A stretch of DNA of 64,000 bases from Candidatus Coprovivens sp. (lineage in GTDB: Bacteria; Bacillota_I; Bacilli_A; RF39; UBA660): contig JBJEXV010000060.1 of NCBI GenBank assembly GCA_051886175.1, forward strand, positions 7,452-71,451, written 5' to 3'. Made by a program: the position numbers and the translations under genes. Positions 8,155 to 17,786 of this stretch are shown piece after piece. Position 1 is the first letter of the stretch, and each line of letters begins with the position of its first letter. The notes beneath the pieces are model-generated. The model ran no database searches and had not been told where the DNA came from. It saw nothing but the letters and a program-made list of their open reading frames with translations.

Positions 8155-8757
8155 ATGTCTAAGATATCCAATGTTCTAACTTTATTAACATTACTTCAAT
8201 CAGGTAGAAAATATAGCATCAGTGAACTAGCTCAAGAACTAGAAGTATCCGAAAGAATGATTAGAGTATATAAAGAAGACATAGAAAAAGCTGGCATATA
8301 CATAGATACAATCATGGGACCTTATGGTGGCTATGTTCTTAACCAATCAATAAGACTTCCTATAAGAAAATTTAAATCTAAAGATGCAGAATTATTAGAT
8401 AAATATATCCAACAAGAACAAGATCCAACATTAAAAAACGAACTAGTATTACTCCAAGATAAAATAAAAGGAGTATATATTGGTAGTAAACAAGAAGCAA
8501 GAGAATTAAATCTAAAAGATGAAAACCATAAAAAATATAATATTCTAACAAGAGCAATAAAAGAAAAAAGAAAAGTTAAAATATTATATTATTCATATGG
8601 TAAAGGAGAAAACGAAAGAGTTATAGACCCAGCTGAAATGTTCTTATTTCATGATGGTTGGTACGTAGCAGCATTCTGCGAATATAAAAAAGATATAAGA
8701 CACTTTGAATTAAAAAGAATTATTAAATATGAATTATTAGACGAAAAATATGAGTAG
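8155..8757 (+). CDS. HTH (DeoR/HTH_11-like) plus WYL-domain transcriptional regulator
   Basis: N-terminus VLTLLTLLQSGRKYSISELAQELEVSERMIRVYKEDIEKAGIYI...GGYVL; C-terminal WYL domain (KILYYSYGKGENERVIDPAEMFLFHDGWYVAAFC...RHFELKRI). Confidence 0.7.
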   Translation: MSKISNVLTLLTLLQSGRKYSISELAQELEVSERMIRVYKEDIEKAGIYIDTIMGPYGGYVLNQSIRLPIRKFKSKDAELLDKYIQQEQDPTLKNELVLLQDKIKGVYIGSKQEARELNLKDENHKKYNILTRAIKEKRKVKILYYSYGKGENERVIDPAEMFLFHDGWYVAAFCEYKKDIRHFELKRIIKYELLDEKYE

Positions 8758-8768
8758 ACGAAATATTT

Positions 8769-8808
8769 CCTCTTTAAGTAGTACATTTTACTTAAGGAGG
8801 AATTTTTT
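8769..8808 (+). promoter_or_regulatory. RBS-sequestering hairpin / terminator-like attenuator in front of the 307-aa gene
   Basis: 12-bp stem CCTCTTTAAGTA / TACTTAAGGAGG (one G-U pair); the 3' arm contains the SD AAGGAGG; stem is followed by AATTTTTT and then the ATG at 8809. Confidence 0.45.
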
Positions 8809-9732
8809 ATGGAAAAGAACATGCAAATTAATTTTGAGTATCTAGATAAAAGAGTACTAGATTCTCTAGAAAGGACAGACTTAGAAAGAATAAGATACGA
8901 ACTCTCCCAAATAAAAAAACCTACAATACTAAGTGGAGTAGGTGGATCAAGTGTAGTAAGTGAATTTGGAAAACATATTTTAGAAACAACAAATGGAATA
9001 ATAACAATAAATAGTGAACCAAGAGACTTCATTTATCGAAACAACAACGGCTTCTCTAATGTAATAGCTTGTAGCTACAGCGGTAACAACTATGGAGTAG
9101 AACTAGCATTTGATAATAACTTAAAAAAATACTTATTATCTAACAACGCTTATGATGATGAAACAATAACATACTTACAATATCTTACATCTATAGATAA
9201 AGAAAGGAGTTTCATATCATTAGGAGCTACTCTAATACCCATAACAATCTTCTTAGATTACTATTTAAAAGGAGAACACAAAGTAATAAAAGAACTACTA
9301 CATAGTTCGTCATTCAACTTCGATACATCGTGTGATTCATATGAAATATTTAGTGGCTACGACACTAGTACAACATCCAAATACTTAGAATCAACAATAA
9401 CAGAATCAGGTATTGGAATTCCCTTAATACACGATAAATATTCATTTTGTCATGGTAGATCAACAACATCTATAAACCATAACAATATTGCTATATATCT
9501 AAATAGAGGAACTGAACTAGATAAACTACTACTAGATGAACTATACAAATACTATAAAACAGTTATAGTCCTAGACTCATCACATAAAGATCCATTATTA
9601 GCAGACTATGATATGTTAATCCAATCAATGTATCTAACTAAATACATAGCTGAATCACAATCAAAAGACTTATCTAAAGTAGAATATAGTCCACTATGTA
9701 AAAAACTATATACCTACAAGGGTTCTCTATAA
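8809..9732 (+). CDS. hypothetical protein (307 aa), no recognisable family
   Basis: ORF with strong SD AAGGAGG; last gene of the operon; followed by a terminator. Confidence 0.65.
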   Translation: MEKNMQINFEYLDKRVLDSLERTDLERIRYELSQIKKPTILSGVGGSSVVSEFGKHILETTNGIITINSEPRDFIYRNNNGFSNVIACSYSGNNYGVELAFDNNLKKYLLSNNAYDDETITYLQYLTSIDKERSFISLGATLIPITIFLDYYLKGEHKVIKELLHSSSFNFDTSCDSYEIFSGYDTSTTSKYLESTITESGIGIPLIHDKYSFCHGRSTTSINHNNIAIYLNRGTELDKLLLDELYKYYKTVIVLDSSHKDPLLADYDMLIQSMYLTKYIAESQSKDLSKVEYSPLCKKLYTYKGSL

Positions 9733-9763
9733 CAACACCATATATAAAGTATATGTATACGAA

Positions 9764-9795
9764 AGGAATAATAATTTGTATTATTCCTTTTTTTA
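9764..9795 (+). terminator. Rho-independent terminator (AGGAATAATA-atttg-TATTATTCCT plus T7)
   Basis: Perfect 10-bp stem followed by a T-run. Confidence 0.65.
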
Positions 9796-9896
9796 TGCTA
9801 GTATACACACTCGATAGAGGGATAAATATGGGAACAGAAAATAGAAGAGAATAGGTAACTAGCATAGGAATACGTAAACTATTATGGTATACGCCA

Positions 9897-10571
9897 ATGG
9901 GTAATAAAATATATTCATTAAATAATGGTCAAAAATATAAAAAGTTTTGTGCTGATTATGGAGACTTAAGACAAAAAGTAAACTATCGATTTAAAGAAAG
10001 ATTACTAGAACAAACTGAAGAATATGGTCATCCGATAATTTGCTTTCCAAAAACAATTATATCTAGTGAAAAATGGTTATCAGGAATGGTAACTGACTTT
10101 GCTAATGGAAATAAATTAAAAGACCTAGATCTAACAACACAAATCGATTACTTACTATACTTAGTAGAGAAATTAGAAAAAGGTATAGCAGACGTATCAA
10201 TAAAAGGATGGGTATTTGAAGACTTACACGAAGAAAATATCTTAGTAGACCTAGCAAATGAAAAAGAACCAATAAAAATAATTGACACTGACTTCTATAG
10301 TAAAGATTCAACCGAAGATCCAATAATAAGATTACAAATATTTAAAGATAACTTAGTAAGAATATTTGATGCCATAATGATTACTATATTACCTCATTTC
10401 GATAGTTACCTAATTTGGAACGACCCTAAAATACAAGATGCATACTTAAAAGCAACATCAGGAGATATAACTTGTAGTGAATTCTTAAAAACTTTACTAG
10501 TAACATTAAAAATAGTTAATAAAAAAGATCAAAATATCTTAACATTAAGAAAATCAGTCAACCAATTATGA
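9897..10571 (+). CDS. Protein-kinase-like fold protein (C-lobe motifs only; catalytic loop DLHEENILV, DFG-like IIDTDF)
   Basis: Catalytic-loop and Mg-binding-loop-like motifs; no Gly-rich loop or VAIK lysine; no SD, the start may be leaderless. Confidence 0.4.
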   Translation: MGNKIYSLNNGQKYKKFCADYGDLRQKVNYRFKERLLEQTEEYGHPIICFPKTIISSEKWLSGMVTDFANGNKLKDLDLTTQIDYLLYLVEKLEKGIADVSIKGWVFEDLHEENILVDLANEKEPIKIIDTDFYSKDSTEDPIIRLQIFKDNLVRIFDAIMITILPHFDSYLIWNDPKIQDAYLKATSGDITCSEFLKTLLVTLKIVNKKDQNILTLRKSVNQL

Positions 10572-10593
10572 TATAATATAACAGGTGATATAA

Positions 10594-11689
10594 ATGGAAA
10601 TTAAAGAACTTGAAACAAAAATTAATACACTTATTGAAAAGCTAAATGTAATAGGGAGGTCTCTTTGAAATAGATTCTAAAGAAAAAAGAATACAAGAAA
10701 TAGAATCTATAATGAACCAACCTAATTTTTGGGATGATGTAGATAAAGCTAACAAAACAAACCAAGAATTAACAAACCTAAAAAGAGAAATAACATCATA
10801 TAAAAAGAATGAAAAGGATTTAAATTATTCAAAAGAAATGCTTGAACTAATAATGTTAGAACCATCTAAAGAATTATCACAAGAATTAGAACAATCCCTT
10901 AAAGAGATATCAAATTCCATAGATGAACTAGAAATAGACACATTACTATCAGGGGAACATGATGGCTCAGATTGTTACTTAGAAATACATCCAGGAGCAG
11001 GTGGAACTGAATCTTGCGACTGGGCTAGTATGTTACAAAGAATGTATATGAGATTTTGTGATAAAAACAATTTATCATACGAAATAATAGAATACCAAGC
11101 AGGTGAAGAAGCAGGGATTAAATCAGTAACATTACATATAAAAGGATCTTACGCATATGGCTACTTAAAATGTGAAAGAGGGGTACATCGTCTAGTAAGA
11201 ATATCTCCATTTGATTCAAATAAGAGAAGACATACTTCATTCGCATCAGTATCTGTAGTACCTGAAATAGATCAATCGATAAATATAGAAATAAAAGAAG
11301 AAGATATAAGAATAGATACATACTGTGCAAGTGGACATGGTGGTCAAGGAGTTAACACAACACCATCAGCAGTTCGTATTACACATTTCCCAAGTAAAAT
11401 AGTAGTAACATGTCAAAACGAACGAAGCCAAATCCAAAACAAAGAAACTTGTATGAAAGTATTAAAAAGTAAACTATATCAAATAGAACTTGAAAAGAAA
11501 GAACAAGAACTTGCTAAATTAAAAGGAATATCTACAGGTATAGATTTTGGTAGCCAAATAAGAAGCTACGTTCTAGAACCATATACCTTAGTAAAAGATA
11601 ATAGAACAAATTTTGAAATGGGAGATGCTAACAAAGTATTAGATGGCGAAGTAAAACCATTTATAGATGCAATGCTAAGAAACAAATAG
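10594..11689 (+). CDS. prfB: Peptide chain release factor 2, programmed +1 frameshift (ORF1 10594-10668, ORF2 10667-11689)
   Basis: Canonical site AGGGAGG TCT CTT TGA A: internal SD, CTT then an in-frame TGA at 10666-10668; the +1 frame continues into the 325-aa RF2 body with the SPF and GGQ motifs. Confidence 0.85.
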
Positions 11690-11702
11690 AAAGGATGATA
11701 AT

Positions 11703-13022
11703 ATGGAAGAAACAATCGTCTACTTAAAAAACTTACTTAAAGATAATGATACAGTAGTAATAGGTTTATCTGGTGGACCAGATTCAATGTGTTTACTTAA
11801 CATATTATTATCTTTAAATAAAAAAATTAACATTATTTGTGCCCATATTAACCATAATATTAGAGAAGAAAGCAAAGATGAATTATTATTTGTCGAAGAT
11901 TACTGTAAACAAAAACAAGTAACTATTGAAACAACAACATTCGCTAAAAAGAGTTCATTAGCTAATTACTCAGAACAAGAACTAAGAGAAAAAAGATATC
12001 AATTCTTTGAAGAAATAATTAATAAACACAATGCCGATTATCTATTTACAGCTCACCATGGCGATGACTTAATAGAAACAATCTTAATGAGATTAACTAG
12101 AGGATCAAACTTAAAAGGATATAGTGGTTTCCAAACAGAAACACCAAAAGAAAACTATAAAGTAATTAAACCACTAATCTATGCAACAAAAGATGATATT
12201 GATGAATATAACAAACAAAACAATATTCCATCAGTAATAGATAACACAAACTTCAAAGACATCTATACAAGAAATAGATATCGTCACAATATCTTACCAT
12301 TCTTAAAAAGTGAAAATCCAAATATTCATTTAAAATATTTAAAATTTAGTAAAGAATTAAATAAATACTATGAATTTGTAAACACACTTATTAATAAAGA
12401 ACTATCAAAAAGATATAAAGATAATATCTTGGATATCACAAACTATAATGAATTAGAACCATTATTCCAAACAAAACTAATAGAAAATGTATTAGACTCA
12501 ATCTATATTGATAACTTATATCTTATTACAGATAGACATGTAGAGTTAATACTAGGAATAATTAATAATCCAAGACCTAACTTAGAAATCAATCTACCTG
12601 CAGATGTTAGAGTAGTAAAATCATATAATCAATTAATTATTACAAAAAACAACAAAAAAATAAGTGATTATAACATATTATTAAAAGAAATTAATGCAAT
12701 TCCAAATGGAAGAGAAATAAGAATAATTAACAACACTACAGAAAAAAGCAATTATTATTTAAAACTAAATAGTAAAGAAATAACTCTTCCCTTATATGTG
12801 CGTAATAGAAAAACTGGCGATAAAATGATTATAAAAAATATGAATAACGCTAAAAAAATCAAAGATATCTTCATAGATGAAAAGATTCCGAAAGAAGAAA
12901 GAGATACTTATCCAATCGTAGTAGATAAAAACGATAACATCCTTTGGATTCCGGGTATAAAAAAATCTAAATTTGATAAATCAAATGATGAAAACTATGA
13001 TATAATACTATGGTATAATTAA
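11703..13022 (+). CDS. tilS: tRNA(Ile)-lysidine synthetase
   Basis: PP-loop SGGPDS motif near the N-terminus; conserved position upstream of ftsH. Confidence 0.8.
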   Translation: MEETIVYLKNLLKDNDTVVIGLSGGPDSMCLLNILLSLNKKINIICAHINHNIREESKDELLFVEDYCKQKQVTIETTTFAKKSSLANYSEQELREKRYQFFEEIINKHNADYLFTAHHGDDLIETILMRLTRGSNLKGYSGFQTETPKENYKVIKPLIYATKDDIDEYNKQNNIPSVIDNTNFKDIYTRNRYRHNILPFLKSENPNIHLKYLKFSKELNKYYEFVNTLINKELSKRYKDNILDITNYNELEPLFQTKLIENVLDSIYIDNLYLITDRHVELILGIINNPRPNLEINLPADVRVVKSYNQLIITKNNKKISDYNILLKEINAIPNGREIRIINNTTEKSNYYLKLNSKEITLPLYVRNRKTGDKMIIKNMNNAKKIKDIFIDEKIPKEERDTYPIVVDKNDNILWIPGIKKSKFDKSNDENYDIILWYN

Positions 13023-13054
13023 ATTTAATGAAAGTTATTGAAGGAGAGACATAG

Positions 13055-14992
13055 ATGAAGAAAAAAAATAATGCATTAACAAGTATGGCCCCATATATTA
13101 TTATTGGCATACTAATTATTATTTGTTTATTTGCTCTTAATGGAGAAGAGAAAAAAATAAACGATATAACAACTGGAGAATTAATCACAGCTATTAAAAA
13201 AGAAAAAATAGAAGAAATAGTTATTACTCCTAAATCAAGTGAAAGTGTTTACTATGTTACAGGTAAGTTAGAAGGTTACAAAAAGAATGAAGAATTCAGT
13301 ACAAAAGTAATCGAAGAACAAATGCCTTTTATTACTGAACAAATTACAGAACATGTAGATACAGAAGATATTAAATATGAAACTAAAAAGGATCCAGGAA
13401 CTAATGAACTATTATTAGTTATTAGCCAAATATTACCATTAGTAATTTTAGTTATTGTTGCATACATACTATTTACTAAATTAGCATCAGGAAACAATAA
13501 ATCAATGGACTTTGGTAGAAGCCGTGCTAAATTAAGCGAAGATGGTGGACAAGTAAGATTTACTGACGTAGCTGGATTAAAAGAAGAAAAAGAAGAAGTT
13601 AAAGAATTGATTGATTTCTTAAAAAATCCTAAAAAGTTCCAAAAACTTGGAGCTAGAATACCAAAAGGAGTTTTATTAGTAGGGCCTCCAGGAACAGGTA
13701 AAACATTACTTGCTAAAGCAGTTGCTGGAGAAGCAAATGTACCATTCTATTACATAAGTGGTTCAGATTTCGTAGAATTATTCGTTGGTGTAGGTGCATC
13801 ACGTGTTAGAGATATGTTTAAACAAGCAAAACAAAATGCACCATGCTTAATCTTTATAGATGAAATCGACGCAGTAGGACGTCAAAGAGGAACAGGTTTA
13901 GGTGGAGGACATGACGAACGTGAACAAACACTTAACCAATTATTAACTGAAATGGATGGATTTGGAGCTAACGAAGGTATCATTATCATCGCTGCTACAA
14001 ACAGACCAGACGTATTAGATCCAGCATTACTAAGACCAGGAAGATTCGATAGACAAGTTACAGTTAGTCTTCCAGATTCTCATGAAAGAGAAGAAATCTT
14101 AGAAGTACATGCTAAAAACAAAGTATTTGCTCCAGAAGTAAGCTTATCAAATGTTAGTCAAAGAACACCAGGATTCAGTGGTGCAGACTTAGAAAACTTA
14201 CTTAACGAAGCAGCATTACTTGCAGTAAGAAGAAATAGAGAAAACATTTCAATGGATGAAATTGATGAAGCAACTGACAGAGTACTTTTAGGACCTGCAA
14301 AAACAAGTCGTAGAATTACTGAAAAAGAAAAGAGATTAGTTGCTATCCATGAAGCAGGACATGCAGTAATTGGTATTAAAGAAAAAGATGCTCAAGAAGT
14401 ACATAAAATAACAATCATTCCAAGAGGAATGGCTGGTGGATATACAATGATGCTTCCAAAAGAAGAAAAAATTGGTATCTTAACAAAAGAAGAATTAGTA
14501 TCTCAAATAACTGGATTACTTGGTGGTAGAGCAGCTGAAGAAACTTTCTTAGGACAAATTACTACAGGAGCTTCAGATGACTTTAAACGAGCTACTAGAA
14601 TTGCTAGATCAATGGTTACTGAATATGGTATGTCAGATTTAGGACCAATTCAATTAGAAGAAAAGAGTGAAGGAGTATTCCTTGGTAGAGATTATGCTAA
14701 ATCAAGAGACTTCTCAGATCAAGTAGCATTAGAAATCGATAAAGAAGTTAAAAAGATTTTAGAAGAATGTTATAAAAATGCTAAGAAAATCTTAGAAAAA
14801 CATGAAACTTTAGTTCTTCTAATCGCTGATTCTTTAATGGAACATGAAACATTAACTAAAGAACAAATTGATTCATTAGTTGAATTCGGAACTATCGAAC
14901 CTCCAAAAAAAGAAGAAGTAGTAGAAGAAAAAGAAACTAAGACAAATTCTAAAAAAGGAAAAGAAACAAACAAAGATTCTGATAAAGAATAA
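13055..14992 (+). CDS. ftsH: ATP-dependent zinc metalloprotease FtsH
   Basis: N-terminal TM segments, AAA Walker [14 protein letters not shown] zinc motif. Confidence 0.95.
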   Translation: MKKKNNALTSMAPYIIIGILIIICLFALNGEEKKINDITTGELITAIKKEKIEEIVITPKSSESVYYVTGKLEGYKKNEEFSTKVIEEQMPFITEQITEHVDTEDIKYETKKDPGTNELLLVISQILPLVILVIVAYILFTKLASGNNKSMDFGRSRAKLSEDGGQVRFTDVAGLKEEKEEVKELIDFLKNPKKFQKLGARIPKGVLLVGPPGTGKTLLAKAVAGEANVPFYYISGSDFVELFVGVGASRVRDMFKQAKQNAPCLIFIDEIDAVGRQRGTGLGGGHDEREQTLNQLLTEMDGFGANEGIIIIAATNRPDVLDPALLRPGRFDRQVTVSLPDSHEREEILEVHAKNKVFAPEVSLSNVSQRTPGFSGADLENLLNEAALLAVRRNRENISMDEIDEATDRVLLGPAKTSRRITEKEKRLVAIHEAGHAVIGIKEKDAQEVHKITIIPRGMAGGYTMMLPKEEKIGILTKEELVSQITGLLGGRAAEETFLGQITTGASDDFKRATRIARSMVTEYGMSDLGPIQLEEKSEGVFLGRDYAKSRDFSDQVALEIDKEVKKILEECYKNAKKILEKHETLVLLIADSLMEHETLTKEQIDSLVEFGTIEPPKKEEVVEEKETKTNSKKGKETNKDSDKE

Positions 14993-15000
14993 TATAAAAG

Positions 15001-15027
15001 AGGAATTACTATAATTCCTTTTTTTAA
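15001..15027 (+). terminator. Rho-independent terminator after ftsH (AGGAATTA-ctat-TAATTCCT plus T7)
   Basis: Perfect 8-bp stem followed by a T-run. Confidence 0.6.
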
Positions 15028-15115
15028 AGCACTAAATTATCAAAAGTCTATGACTTTTTACTATATATATGATAAAATATTTTAAGAAATGATACATGAA
15101 AAAAGGTGGTACATA

Positions 15116-15901
15116 ATGGCAAAAATTATTTCTTTAGTAAATCAAAAAGGTGGAGTAGGAAAAACAACAACAAGTATTAACTTAGCAGCTGCTCTAGGAA
15201 AAGAAGGTAAAAAGACTTTATTAATAGATTTAGATCCACAAGGAAACGCATCAACAGGTTTAGGTTATGCAAATGGTGAATTTAAACATGATATATATGA
15301 TATCTTGGTTGGCGATTGTACAATCGAAGAAGGAATTATCAAAACAAAATTCAAAAACTTATCTATAATTCCATCTACAATAAACCTAGCAGGTGTAGAT
15401 GTAGAATTTGTTAAGAACATGTTAGAAAATCCTGAATTCAGACAAAACGAACAATTAAGAAACAAATTAGCAGAGGTTGCAGAAAAATATGACTACATTA
15501 TCATAGATTGCCAACCATCTTTAGGTATCTGCACAATGAATGCACTTGTAGCTAGTAACTCAGTTATAATTCCAGTACAATGTGAATTCTTTGCATTAGA
15601 AGGAATTACACAATTATTGAATTCAATTATCATGGTTCAATCTAATATGAACCCTGAATTGAAGATAGAAGGTGTTCTATTAACAATGTTAGATGGGAGA
15701 ACAAATATTGGTCTAGAAGTTATTGAAGAAGTAAGAAAATACTTTAGAAATAAAGTGTTCAACACAATAATTCCTAGATTAGTAAGATTAGTAGAAGCAC
15801 CAAGTCATGGTAAACCAATTAGTGATTATGACCCAACTAGCAGAGCTACTGAGGCATATCAAAATTTAGCAAAGGAAGTGATTAGTAGAAATGGAGAATA
15901 A
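15116..15901 (+). CDS. soj: Chromosome partitioning ATPase ParA/Soj
   Basis: Deviant Walker A KGGVGKTT; SD AAGGTGG 5 nt before the ATG at 15116 (the track start at 15089 was rejected). Confidence 0.9.
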   Translation: MAKIISLVNQKGGVGKTTTSINLAAALGKEGKKTLLIDLDPQGNASTGLGYANGEFKHDIYDILVGDCTIEEGIIKTKFKNLSIIPSTINLAGVDVEFVKNMLENPEFRQNEQLRNKLAEVAEKYDYIIIDCQPSLGICTMNALVASNSVIIPVQCEFFALEGITQLLNSIIMVQSNMNPELKIEGVLLTMLDGRTNIGLEVIEEVRKYFRNKVFNTIIPRLVRLVEAPSHGKPISDYDPTSRATEAYQNLAKEVISRNGE

Positions 15902-16778
15902 AAGAAAAGCTTTAGGTAAAGGTTTAGAACAATTATTTTCAAACGAAAGAATTGATTTCGAAAACTTTGAACAAAAAATAGTTGAAGAAGCAAAACAAAG
16001 TGATATCATCGAAATTCCATTAGTTGATATCAGAAGTAATCCATATCAACCACGAGAATACTTTGACGAACAATCATTAAAAGAACTAGCAGAGTCAATT
16101 AAAGAACACGGTGTTGTTCAACCAATCATTGTTAAAAAGAGTATCAAAGGATACGAAATAATTGCTGGTGAAAGAAGAACACGTGCATCAAAAATGGCTG
16201 GTAAAGAAACAATCCCAGCAATAGTTAGAGACTTTAATGATCAAGAAATGATGGAAGTTGCTTTAATTGAAAACATTCAAAGAGAAAACTTAAATCCAAT
16301 TGAAGAAGCTGAAGCATTTGCAAAAATAATTGAAAACAATGGATTAACACAAGAACAAGCAGCACAAAAATTTGGTAAAAGTAGAAGTTACGTTACTAAC
16401 CTATTAGGACTTCTAAACTTACCAGAAAAAACTAAAGAGTATGTTAAAGAACAAAAAATTACTATGGGACATGCTAGAGCATTAAGTAAAATAGCAGATG
16501 AAGACCTAGTAAACGAATTAGCAGAAAAAGTAATAACTGATGGCTTAAGTGTTAGAGAAATAGAAGAATTAACTAGAGGAGCACAAGCACCAAAGAAAAA
16601 TCCAACAAAGAAAACTCCAGTATTTAGTGCTAAACATACATTATATGAAAGTTTAATGCGTGAAAGAATCGGTTCTAAAGTTAAAATAAATCCTAAAAAG
16701 ATTGAAATACCATATAGTTCAGATGAAGAGTTAGATAGAATTCTAGAAACATTAGGCATAACAATAGAAGGTGAATAA
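15891..16778 (+). CDS. spo0J: Chromosome partitioning protein ParB/Spo0J
   Basis: ParB box GERRTRA and HTH region; overlaps the soj stop codon. Confidence 0.9.
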   Translation: MENKRKALGKGLEQLFSNERIDFENFEQKIVEEAKQSDIIEIPLVDIRSNPYQPREYFDEQSLKELAESIKEHGVVQPIIVKKSIKGYEIIAGERRTRASKMAGKETIPAIVRDFNDQEMMEVALIENIQRENLNPIEEAEAFAKIIENNGLTQEQAAQKFGKSRSYVTNLLGLLNLPEKTKEYVKEQKITMGHARALSKIADEDLVNELAEKVITDGLSVREIEELTRGAQAPKKNPTKKTPVFSAKHTLYESLMRERIGSKVKINPKKIEIPYSSDEELDRILETLGITIEGE

Positions 16779-17596
16779 TGATTACACTATTAGAAAATAT
16801 AATATCTTTCATAACTAAAAAAGAAGTATATGGATTGTTCTTAACAATTGTTTTATCAATAATTTTTTATAAAGTTATTTCGAAATCATTGGAAAAAACA
16901 ATAAGCACAGGTAAAACAGCATATGAAAAAAAGAAAAGAACAACAATAGTTAAATTATTTCAAAACATTATTAAATATGTAATTATTATAATTGCAGCTT
17001 TATCAATACTAAGTTTATATGGGTTTGATGTAAAAGGTATGGTAGCAGGTTTAGGAATAACAGCTACTATTGTCGGACTGGCATTACAAGATACATTCAA
17101 AGATATAATAAGCGGTATCAGTATTATATTTGAAAACTACTTCATAGTAGGAGATGTAGTTACATATAATAACTTCACTGGTGAAGTAATAGAATTTGGA
17201 CTAAAAAGTACAAAGATAAAAAATATAAATGGTGAAGTATTAACAGTAGCTAATAGAAATATAATGGAAATAAAAAACATATCTCAAAAAGATCAAACGG
17301 TACTATTAGTACTTGGAATGCAATATGAAGATAACGTTGATAAGGTTGAAAAAGTTATAATAAATGATATAATACCTGCTATTCAAGCAATGGAAAGTGT
17401 TAATAAAGATACTTGTGAGTACATGGGTATTTCTGAACTTGCAGACAGTTGTGTTAAATATCAAATTAAATTCAAATGTGCAAAAGAAACACAATGGCAA
17501 GCAAAAAGAGATGCAAATAAAATTGCTCTTAAAGAAATGCGTAGACACAATCTAAGCTTTGCATATCCACAAATGGAGGTACATAATGGCAAATAA
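16778..17596 (+). CDS. Small-conductance mechanosensitive channel (MscS family)
   Basis: TM helices followed by an MscS-type beta domain pattern. Confidence 0.55.
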   Translation: MITLLENIISFITKKEVYGLFLTIVLSIIFYKVISKSLEKTISTGKTAYEKKKRTTIVKLFQNIIKYVIIIIAALSILSLYGFDVKGMVAGLGITATIVGLALQDTFKDIISGISIIFENYFIVGDVVTYNNFTGEVIEFGLKSTKIKNINGEVLTVANRNIMEIKNISQKDQTVLLVLGMQYEDNVDKVEKVIINDIIPAIQAMESVNKDTCEYMGISELADSCVKYQIKFKCAKETQWQAKRDANKIALKEMRRHNLSFAYPQMEVHNGK

Positions 17597-17786
17597 TTAT
17601 AAACTAAATGATATCGTAATAATGAAAAAACATCATGCTTGTCAAACTAACGAATGGTTAATTACAAGAATGGGTGTAGATATTAAAATAAAATGCATTA
17701 ATTGTAATCGAGAGATTATGATGGACAGACTTGAGTTTGAAAAAAAACTTAAGAAGGTCATAGGAGGAACAAATGAACAAGTTTAA
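17586..17786 (+). CDS. DUF951 family small protein (YyzM-like)
   Basis: MANNYKLNDIV...CINC pattern; SD GGAGGT 5 nt before the ATG at 17586; conserved neighbour of ychF and parB in Bacillota. Confidence 0.6.
   Translation: MANNYKLNDIVIMKKHHACQTNEWLITRMGVDIKIKCINCNREIMMDRLEFEKKLKKVIGGTNEQV

Noticed and set aside
15089-15115. Upstream start codons proposed by the ORF track (also 19312, 21575, 24374, 28978, 30302, 32079, 33714, 43352, 45084, 48564, 50863, 17559, 5979, 4251, 1840)
   Set aside because: Internal ATGs preceded by canonical SD sequences at 5-9 nt reproduce the conserved N-termini of the respective families. The upstream codons sit inside the SD or lack one.
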